Below, one piece after another: positions 38,075 to 47,699 of a DNA stretch of 64,000 nt. Within the stretch, counting starts at the first letter, position 1. Each line of letters starts with the position of its first letter. The DNA lies in the NCBI GenBank assembly GCA_047495785.1, contig JBLDXI010000021.1, forward strand, positions 1,550,001-1,614,000, written 5' to 3'. Source of the stretch: Lepidodermella squamata. Taxonomy: Eukaryota; Animalia; Gastrotricha. The notes below the pieces were generated by a model, which searched no databases, was not told where the DNA came from, and saw nothing but the letters and a program-made list of their open reading frames with translations. A program made the position numbers and the translations under genes.

Positions 38075-38495
38075 TATAGTGTTTCGGGATTCGCTTGCGC
38101 TTCGGGCTGTTGAGCGGCTTGCTGTTGTTGAGCTGTTTCAGCGGCTTTGGCGAGACGTTCGGTCTGTGTCTCCCAAAATACTGTCATCAACCGACGAGTT
38201 GTGTTTATGAACTTCCCGCAACACCGATCTACGCAATCCTCCTATACAAAATGTAATTTCTCATTTCTCATATAGATGCGGGCTTGCTCAAACCTCTTGC
38301 GTGGTCAAGGCGCGTTGGTTAAAGTCGGATGCACAAATACGAAAGCAAGTCTCTGCTATTCGGTTGTATTGTAAGAAGAAGTCGCGAATCTAAAAACCGC
38401 TTGATAAAACTTGAAAATACAATGAAGTTAAAACCCACTCCTCGAAGCTCTTCCGTAGAATATTGAGTTTTCGCCCCTTTATCAAAAAAAGCCAT
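38074..38495 (-). CDS. TIMM10B: Small Tim chaperone Tim10B/Tim9b, 106 aa; exons 38439-38495, 38294-38389, 38074-38241 (not resolved in the ORF track)
   Basis: Spliced product MAFFDKGAKTQYSTEELRG|IRDFFLQYNRIAETCFRICASDFNQRALTTQE|EDCVDRCCGKFINTTRRLMTVFW... has twin CX3C and the LRDF..YNR..E.CF..C signature; two canonical phase-0 introns of 49 and 52 nt. Confidence 0.9.
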
Positions 38496-38597
38496 GTAAA
38501 AATCTAGAAACAAAGTCAGGTATTTATTCGCTAAAATAAACATATGCGAAAGACGAGTGACAGCAGATTCGATCTGCCGGTTATTAATAACCATTCC

Positions 38598-39305
38598 TCA
38601 CCGCAACTCATGAATAACTATTGTTATAAGTACGGTATTAAAAAATACAAATGGGAGCATACGAAGAAGTCTTTGGGTGGGCGGCACGTAATTCCTGTTT
38701 TCTTCTCGAATCATGTTACGTATCGCCTCTCTGCGCTGTTGTTCATTGGCACGCCGTTGCTCAGCCTCGCCGTAGTGCGCCCGATAGTGTTCGTCAAAGT
38801 TATAATGCTTCCACGCGCCTTGATGAGGCGACTCCGCTCGCGCTTTGTAAGGACCATGGGAATTTTGGCGCATTCTGCGCCACATTTCTTCGTCATTATA
38901 TGGGGACTGTCGGGGAGATTGATAATTATGCTGCTGGGGATGGTGAGTGGAAGAGGTGCTTCGGTCTGATGCGGAAAATCGTCGGTCATAATGCCTCCGC
39001 TTGTCCGGATTTCGCAAGGTTTCATATGCTTCGGATATTTCTCTGAATTGGGATGCGGCGTCCGGATTAGAAGAAACATCTGGGTGATGCTCTTTGGTTT
39101 TTCTGGCATGTTAATGACTATAGCAGATAATATAATTTAGCAGAGACTACCTGAAGTAAGCTGCCTTTATCTCAGCATGAGTTGCCTTTGGCGATACGTC
39201 TAATACGTCGTAAAAGTTTCTGCTAGTGCTATAGCGCACTAAGCCACTGAAAAATAATGTGACTTGTTGCAGATGAATACTCTTTTGACTTGAAACGCAA
39301 AACAT
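38598..39305 (-). CDS. DNAJC30: Mitochondrial J-domain protein DNAJC30-like; 2 exons
   Basis: NFYDVLDVSPKATHAEIKAAYF, HHPD, FREISEAYETL..PDKRRHYD, DNAJC30-type YNFDEHYRAHYGE, C-terminal hydrophobic segment. Confidence 0.82.
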
Positions 39306-39676
39306 CGGATAGATAGCAGTAAAGCCACCTAATAAAAATCAAACTACATCAGCAAACGTGTTGCCCTTTCGAACACATTAGATAATAGATAAGGCGATTA
39401 AAAATAATAATAATTTTCATTTAGCCAAGGCCAAATTCGCAAGGACTGGCCATTTTTCCAATATAAATTTCTTGCACGAATGAGCAAAAAGATTGAGCGA
39501 TGTAAGACTAGTGATTGAGACAGGTAGTAGATTCAATAATTCGGCTGTTCCAACTTCCAACAGCTAAGCTAACGCCCCTAAGACAAAGTGAATGATGAGG
39601 AACAACCGTAATTGTTAATTTGTTACTAATATGATGTCGAGTAGTAGGGAGAAAAATTAATTTCAACTAATCAATT

Positions 39677-39966
39677 CGCTTGTTCGCCGGCGGGCGCCAA
39701 CGACCATTGCAAACCGACCTCCCCTCGATCTGTCAAGCATTTAAGAGATTTTACACCGTGAGACAGCTGACTTCTTAGCGCGCTAACTGGTCCTAAACCT
39801 GCATCTTTCAGGCCTGCATTTCCCTGGTAAAACTATGTGCTAGAGTAGCGATTCCTAATCCAATTTTCTTAATTGAGACGTCGGCTATCGCTGCATGCGA
39901 GAATTTACCCCATAATTGTCAGATTAAGGGGACGTCGATTTCTATGGGAAAGGCGGCGAACAAGCG
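39677..39966. repeat. Long imperfect inverted repeat in the divergent DNAJC30/DNALI1 intergenic region
   Basis: Perfect 13-bp ends CGCTTGTTCGCCG (39677-39689) and CGGCGAACAAGCG (39954-39966), plus inner arms ACCGACCTCCCCTCGATCTGTCAA and TTGTCAGATTAAGGGGACGTCGAT that are 19/24 complementary. Confidence 0.75.
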
Positions 39967-40212
39967 CATAGGATTATAGCTTTCGGAGACCAGAGATCTA
40001 TCAGTTCGAACGCTTACTTCGAGAGCAAGCTGCTGGTAAAACGAAATCTTGGCAACTTTTGCTACCCTCGCTGCAACTTTCGCAGTTATAATGGTGTGTG
40101 CAATGCAAAAATTACCGCGCAAATTCAAAATTGTTTCACATACAAAATTTAACATTTGATAGAAACAAAGAAATTGTTGTATGATGCAAATGAGTATTAT
40201 TTTATATTTTGC

Positions 40213-40226
40213 ATTGCCATGGTTAC
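40213..40226. promoter_or_regulatory. Candidate RFX X-box upstream of DNALI1
   Basis: Reverse complement GTAACCATGGCAAT matches GTHNYYATRRNAAC at 13/14; a second partial site GTTGCCATAGC starts at 40420. Confidence 0.5.
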
Positions 40227-40988
40227 GCCTAGTTGGTCTTGCAGATCCCAACAAATAGAGGTTGTGCTATGAGATGAGTGTTCGTGCAGATATCTGCTGT
40301 TCTGTGGCCTTCTGCCTTCTTTCTTGAATGCGCTCTCAGTCTCCAGTAATGGTTATTTCAATGATGACCGAAGCCCGGGAACCGGGAATAGTCAGAACCG
40401 TGCTCAATCAGAATTTACAGTTGCCATAGCTGAAATATTACTATAGATCGTTCAAGACGCGGAAGAACTCCCACTTTAAGAAAACACCTACAATAAACCG
40501 AGTACGGTAAGTATAAGAATAATGGAAAAATACAGTCAGCCAACCGCACTCGACTCTACCGTAATCAGAAAAAATGCCAAAGTGCAAGTTCTTCCGCGAT
40601 GTGAACAAGATGACTAGAGATATTTGTTGCGCAACTGCGACGCGCATAATATAATCAATCATCTGAACTACGTTGCTCGTTTTAGAGGACTAGATAGGTT
40701 CCGGCCTTGAATTCTGGAAAACCGAGTTGGCATTACCGCATTCTCTTACCTGCAGTGAGATTTATTGTCATGAGCACTAATTCTGCTACTGCTAAATTTG
40801 TTTATCATAAATCTTGACTGGCGTGGGCTGAATTTTTCTCGCTTTTCTCTGATGCATGCTTTAAAAGCACTCAGATGCAGGCAATTTCGTTCCTTGATCT
40901 TTCTTTTTGATCTTGATCTTGCTTCATATCAAATTTGACTGTACTTGTTCCAAAATGATATAGGCCTGTAATAACATAGAAAAGGAAG

Positions 40989-41741
40989 ATGATTTCACCC
41001 AACGCATCGCTTGTCAGATACGACAACCCCGCCTTGGTTGCAAGAGCGTCAGAAAAGAAGACCCCTCGCTCAAAAGCTGTTCATGCAACGGCAGCTGATG
41101 GCAGCGAGTTACCCCGGAGCCCTTCACCTCAAGGTGACGAATCCGTTAGCCAGACTGAAGAGACTTTGAACAAAATTTTGCCGCCTCGTGAGTGGACCGA
41201 GAACGGCCAACTGTGGGTTCAGAAAGTTTCCAGCACTCCTGCCACTCGTCTCGATGTCATTAACTTGAAAGAAGAGTTGGATCGTCGATTGAAGCAACGT
41301 CAAGCCCGTGAAACCGGCATTTGCCCTGTTCGGCGAGAACTATACTCTCAGTGCTTTGATGAACTGATCAGACAAGTAACAATTAACTGCCAAGAGCGCG
41401 GTTTGTTACTACTTCGTGTGCGAGATGAAATTCGTATGACCATTGCCGCATATCAAACTTTATACGAGAGTTCAGTCGCCTTCGGTATGCGTAAAGCGCT
41501 GCAAGCCGAGCAAGGGAAAGCCGAAATGGAGAAGCGCATTGAGGAACTCGAAGGTGAAAAACGCGACCTTGAACGTCAAGTAAATGAACTAAAAGCCAAG
41601 TGTGAGCAAATCGAGCGTCGTGCCGCTGAGCAACGTCAAATCGAAGAGAAGAAGCACGCAGAAGAAATTCAATTTCTTAAGCGCAACAATCAGCAACTCA
41701 AAGCCCAACTCGAGGGCATCATGCAACCGAAAAAGGGCTGA
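40989..41741 (+). CDS. DNALI1: Axonemal dynein light intermediate chain p28, intronless CDS
   Basis: SLVRYDNP, ILPPREWTENGQLWVQKVSSTPATRLDV, QARETGICPVRRELYSQCFDELIRQVTINC, YESSVAFGMRKALQAEQG. Confidence 0.97.
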   Translation: MISPNASLVRYDNPALVARASEKKTPRSKAVHATAADGSELPRSPSPQGDESVSQTEETLNKILPPREWTENGQLWVQKVSSTPATRLDVINLKEELDRRLKQRQARETGICPVRRELYSQCFDELIRQVTINCQERGLLLLRVRDEIRMTIAAYQTLYESSVAFGMRKALQAEQGKAEMEKRIEELEGEKRDLERQVNELKAKCEQIERRAAEQRQIEEKKHAEEIQFLKRNNQQLKAQLEGIMQPKKG

Positions 41742-42055
41742 AAAATGAAAAATTATCGGCTCTCGTCCTCCTATCTGTGATGGTTGTAAACGAAAGTTTA
41801 TCGAGACTTTAGTTATATATTTGAATCACTAGCCGCTATTAGCTGGCATTTATTATATAATAGTTGTAAGAAGTCACTATTGATATCAGGTTTCTACAGG
41901 TCCAAAACAATTACGCCAGTAATATTTTCTGCATGTTACGCTTGGAAGAAATAAAAAATCATATTTAGGATTCCGGAGATATCTTTTGCTTTGATAATGT
42001 TAGGTGCAATTAAAAATGCAAGACAACAGTCGGCCAATGAAAACTGTGATCCACG

Positions 42056-43906
42056 ATGAGCCATATTACAGACGAAACTACGTGTTACCATTATCCGCCG
42101 CCATTCAATCGAAAGGTTCAACCTTTGCTCTTCAATCCAATGACCTTGCCGCAAAGTTTTTATGATTTTAGACTCATGGCGATGGCCGCCACCCGTGAAA
42201 GAGGATCTTTCGAGCTTAGATCGTATTTTGAATACAACGACGCTGACGACTCAATGTCTCACACACAGAGAAATTTTAGGCAAGTGATACCTAAACTTTG
42301 GGTAAGATTTAAATAATATATGTGAGTTTTGTTTTCAGAAACCGGCGAAAGCGCTCATGTTGATTTGACTGAGGACCTGAAGAGAAGAATACACGACGTA
42401 GAAAAGCTTCAAGAAAATTTCGCCCATCTTGTTGCCGAAGAGGTCAAACGAATCAAGTTGGAGATGGAAGACAAGTATAAAAAGTTGCTCACTGCACGAA
42501 TTGACGAGCAACAAGGGCAAATTTCGGACAAGTGGACCCATAAACTTACGGCAGCTTTGGAACTGGAAAAAGAAAAAGTTCAGAGGCTGAATGCCGAATG
42601 GTGAGTGAATTGAATTATATGATTTCTCGTTTTAATATTTAATATTTAATTAATTAGGACTCTGCGACTTGAAGATGCCCTGATTAAACAGAGAGAGGAA
42701 CTTGAGCGAGAACATCAGCGGAAAACGGCAGAGCTTACTCGCGCATTGGAAGCGAAATTCGCAACGGAGATTGACAAAAGGGTCAAAGAAGCTTTGAAAA
42801 AGCAACTAGAGATTCTAGAGGTGAGGAAAAATGAAATGTATAAGCGAATCAAATGCAGAAGGGAATCCATTATGTATTACCGTAACGCTAATTCTTTTTC
42901 GTAATTCTTAGACAGAACCTGGAGCTGTAAGTGCATTTGCATGCTGACTTATATGATTTTATTTCTTTTGTAATACTTATCGTTATCCCTTTTCACGGCA
43001 TGCTATAATATTTTCGTTCTATCGCTTGCTTTGAAAAGACGATTCCACCGGATTATTCAGAAAGCTAGTAATTTTAAGCTTAACTTCAAAATAGGGTGGC
43101 TTCCGCGACAAGCTGGATAAGCGGGTCGAAGAGCACACAGCAAAGCATAAATCCGAAATGGAAGCTCTTCGGAAAGAGCTGACCGAGAAGCACGATGCAG
43201 AGATGTCCCAAATAAGAGCCAAGTAAACTTGAATATTTTTTAAATATCGTGCCTATTGAAGGGTTATTTGCAGGTGGTCAAAAATGTGCGAGCGCTATAA
43301 GCAGCTGTTGGAATTTTCGAGGAGTATTGAGCGTGATTACATCTTTCTGGAGGACGACTTCAAACGATTCATCGACAATGTTCAAGGTTTTTTTCACCTA
43401 TGGAATACCTGACAAGGCGTACTTATACCTCTAATTTAAAGGTGTTGGTGGGCAATTTGGTTCCGATTACCTTATGCGACCAAAGCAGCACGGTCTGATG
43501 GTTATACAGCACAGCGAGCCTCGGAAATTCATCAGTGCTGCTAAGACACCTGACTTCGATTGTCTTAGGAAGGACGCTGATTCACGTCAAAATCAATTGG
43601 CAAAATTATCTGCCCTACCCAGTGATCCTAATTTTTGGCCCGACATTCATTTTCCGCCATCCATTGTCAACAAGTCTCCCAGGCCCAAGTCTAATTTTAC
43701 CTCTCTTCCTACGTTCGAAGCAACCTCTGGCGAATTATTCCCCGTGAAACTCGTTAGACCTCTTGACAGTGATGAATTAAATAATGTTGTGTTACCAGTT
43801 TGTCAACCAGAAGAAAATGGTCAGTCTTTCATTTTAACCTTTGGTGATATATAAAAATAGTACCAAGTATTTATTTTCACTCCAAGACAATCGTCTATGT
43901 TCATGA
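42056..43906 (+). CDS. Uncharacterised coiled-coil protein (weak resemblance to the C6orf163 family), ~7-8 exons; end uncertain (43854 or 43906)
   Basis: Exons splice in frame through long E/K/L heptad segments to LEDDFKRFIDNVQGVGGQFGSDYLMRP; AATAAA at ~43935. Confidence 0.65.
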
Positions 43907-44129
43907 CGTAGTTTCGTCACTTGTAGGTTTATTCAATAAAAATTCGTTATGTTTGTTTATTTTAAAGAGTAAGACATACTTATAAACAATGATGCATGTC
44001 AGAAAAATAGGTTATAGCCGAAAGACGATATAACTGATGAAAAGGTGGTCGGCTCCGGCGTGAATGCTTTTCTGCCTCCAGTCCAAACACACATTACTCA
44101 CGGGCTACGGTAGTTACGTGTTTTGCTTT

Positions 44130-44720
44130 TAAGTTTTCTTCGAAATGGTGACCACTTCTTCGAGCTTGTCCAACATCAGCTAGAAATGAACAATTTTGCC
44201 GCACTAGGGAATGTCGTCGACCCAAACGCCGTCGTATAGCTTCCATTTATCGAGATAGAAGAATTTATCGGTATTGTCCTGAACCAACCGCGTGTTTCTT
44301 GTCCACGACCCTTCATATGTTAGTATTTGCTGACGGAATATATGCGTATTGCTTAGTAATGAACAATACTAAATTATTCGAACCCATGCGAAGCATCCAG
44401 CATCCAGCGTATGTTACGCTTGTCGACGTTCCATTCGCCTCCGAACTTGGACCCATCTTTGTATTTCATCTGATCCCAGCCACATCTTCTATCTGGGTAC
44501 CCCTCTCCTTCGTAGTATTCTTCAGCTGACCAGCTATCCCTGACCACAAAACATTGAAAATATTGCATGCAAGTTGGGGCATGATATGTTGAAATCATAC
44601 GTGACGCTTATCCAGCTTTCCAGCCTCTTGCTAATACATACTCGAAGTCCCGTCAGCTGTAAGTAGCTGAAGGTAACTGTAGGCAGTGTTTACGTCGCGA
44701 GGCACCTCGCATTTTGCGAC
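44130..44720 (-). pseudogene. MORN3: MORN3 pseudogene (intron-retaining, 5' part missing)
   Basis: EEYYEGEGYPDRRCGWDQMKYKDGSKFGGEW and YEGSW...KFFYLDKWKLYDGVWVDDIP*CGKIVHF* align to MORN3 (EYYEGDW..QRSGWGRMYY; FFHLDHGQLFEGFWVDNMAKCG), with in-frame TAGs, a frameshift near 44620 and lost conserved Gly/Trp. Confidence 0.75.
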
Positions 44721-45299
44721 AGCATACTCTCCAAATTAAGCTTCTAAGCGTAAGCACGAAAAATACAATGAATGGAAACAATCCAGATCAAAACACAACG
44801 ATAGGAACCTGTCGGTGAACTACATATATCAGCTGGGTTGCGGTTGCATAAGTCGCGTGAGTGCGCGAACGACCCCAACGCGTTGCTACGTAAACTTGAA
44901 GACTGAATTAATCGTAAATATACATTAATTAAACATATTTTGAAATCTTGTAATTGGTTCACCTTCACCGTAAATCAAATAGCGCTTTTTTCATTTTTTT
45001 CATTCGCAGATTCTTCCTACGATTTTTTTCCTGAGGGTCTTCTTAGCACCTGATTGGGCTAGGGTCTTCCTGTCGTCGATTACTCCGACCGGCCGCGAAT
45101 TTAAAAATATCGCGAAAATTACTACGTTTACAGTTTCTCATCTTCTTCTTGTCGGCGTTTGTCGAACTCCTCACTTTCTTCACGATCCGGAATACTTGGC
45201 GACGTTCCACCCGTCAGGACGACGGCGGCAGCTGTAGCTGGATTTAATACTTACTTGCGGTCGCTGTTTTATACATGTACATATTCCTGCGACGCTCCT

Positions 45300-46830
45300 T
45301 GTCAGCATGAACTAGGATGGCAAAACGAAAGCTCACCTGTGTCTACGACTGTCTAAAAGAACAATCGTCTTGTTTCTTCTCCCGGAGACCTGAAAACATC
45401 TCTTTGGCTGGACCGAATTAATGCCACACCTGCCGAACTCGCTCTGTTCAATCACTTGGTACCCTCAATCCAACACTCACATACAGCTTTCGATCGCCTG
45501 AAACTCCTAAAATTTGGCAACATCGAATCTAACTCAGAACCAAAAAACTGCGTTCGCTGCCGCAAAAAAAACAATAAAGTCGAAAAAGACAGTAACCTGC
45601 TGCCACTGTAATATCCCAATCCATTTGAAATTTATCCCTCCTCGTGCGTGTACACTGGATGTGCAACGTCTGGTTTTCTACCAAGTGCCCCCTCTACGGT
45701 GAGATTTCTAACTAACTTAGCATCCAATGCGGTAGCTGTAAATCCTGGCGGGATGGGCTTTTTGTCGGCCTATCAAAGGAGAAACTTACGGCTCTTGGTG
45801 AATCGCGGGACAAAATTTTCGTGGCACATAAAGCGTCCGATGAACGCCCCACGAACGGAATGGAATTGCGTTAATTGCCGTACTCCGATCCCAACCTGGA
45901 GATCTCCAGCTACTAATGACTCGAACTCCGCGCCAACTTCCTGTGGAGAACCCGTCCCATTGCCCAGTCATAACTACAGGGATTGGGGAAAACTCACTCG
46001 AGCTAACTACGGATTACTGTCTATCGCTCAAATAAATACAAACAGCATCCTAGGCAAAGCCGCCCTTCTTGCCATGTTCATGAACGATTGCAATCATGAC
46101 GTTATCTCGGAACTTGAACTAAAAGATGCTCCCTCTGGGCTCGCCGAATCGCACTTCCACGACAAACTGCTGTTCAAGTCCTGACATCAATTACGGTGTC
46201 CTGCAAGATAGTCTTTGGTTCGATGTTGTTCACTATCTACGTCAATGGGCTGCCAAATGTCATCACGACTCTGACTGTGACATTTACTCGTATGCTGATG
46301 ACACCACGCTCTACGCAAGTGGCGAATCTTTGGTTGAAGCCAAGTGAAACTCGAAACTAAGTAGAACTTGAAACTCGCAGCAACTAATAAACTCGCGTCC
46401 TGGGTGCGGTCTAACAGTCTGAAACTAATTGAATCGAAAACTCAAATCATGTCTGTTGCTCCGAAATTTCAACCTATCAATTGGGATCAGACCTATATCA
46501 GTGTTAATGGCATCAAGGTTCAGCCGCAGTCATAGATCACCTTACTTGGTATGGACAAGTATGGTATGAATGGTATGGTATCGACAATTGTGTGAACCTT
46601 GAGTTGCACGCTGAGAAAATCTTCAGCTTATGTAGCAGCGGTGACTACGCCCTTCGCCTCGCTGAACAAAACTGCATTCCGCTCGTGAACAGAATAGCCA
46701 GCAGAATGTTCAATAGTTGCTTGACTCGCGTATCGGCTACAATAATGTTGTTCTAGGCTCCGGCTTAAAAACTACCCTAGATACGTTGGACAAAGCTCAA
46801 CGAGCTGCTGAAGCCGTATCGATTCCTCGT
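45300..46830 (+). mobile_element. Heavily deleted CR1/L2-like non-LTR retrotransposon
   Basis: In order: Cys/His finger remnants (CCHCNIPIH, WNCVNC), APE start SIAQINTNSILGK...DVISE, RT remnants YGVLQDS and YSYADDTTLY, LASWVRSNSLKLIESKTQIM, and SRIGYNNVVLG...LDKAQRAA; broken by stops and large deletions. Confidence 0.85.
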
Positions 46831-47699
46831 TGGACCACTACCCAAGTGTTGAATCGGAGTGTGCTATCGGCGTTGACTCGGAATATACGATACAACTACA
46901 TGCTCCTGAGTGGTTCCTGAGCTTTTTTCAAGTAGTCGAATCTCGACAACCTAAAAATTTTCCACGGTTTCCAATCGGGGCAGCAATCGTCTGCATTCCC
47001 CCCCAAAAATGTGTTCGTTTCCAATTTGTCATTTCCAATTCCTTTTTGATTATAGGTATTACTAGCGAAAATGGAACAGGTTTTTGTTATCAATGGACCT
47101 TCGCGCACACTTTATAATTATTGTTATGCAGTGGCAAACATCCGTAAATCAAAGGTAAGCCCATATGCTGTTTTTCAGTGCAATAAGGTCATCTCGATGT
47201 CTTGTTTCAACCAGAAAAAATGAAAGAAGGCAAACAAAATTGAAAATTGAAAATGAAATGCTGACCGAATGCGTGTTGAATAGGCAAGGCTGATATACGT
47301 TTTGCATATCGGTGAACGTGACACGTGTTAGCCCGAGCGACACGAGAAACCTGATCCCGTCAGCGGCTAACTTTTCGTGAGAGGCGTCTTGACGCAAATC
47401 GAAAATGCTAGTTCGCTTTTCGAAAATTGCTCTAGTTTCCAGGTCATATTCCCCTGTCACTTGACTGACAGAGCTTGATGGGATTTCGCAATGAATGCTG
47501 GCTGTTGAGTTCGGGAACTAATTAGATACAGTGAACGAGACGAATAGTCTTGAATGCCGTTGACAGCGAGCTGCTTAATTTTATGCTTAGTTTTGCGAGC
47601 AGGAAGCCTAGAAAACAATAACTAGCAATTCTGTCCGTCGAGGCGTCTGTTTTTGGGCGTTAACCGTCTTGAAAGTTCTCACAACGACAGCGATTATTG

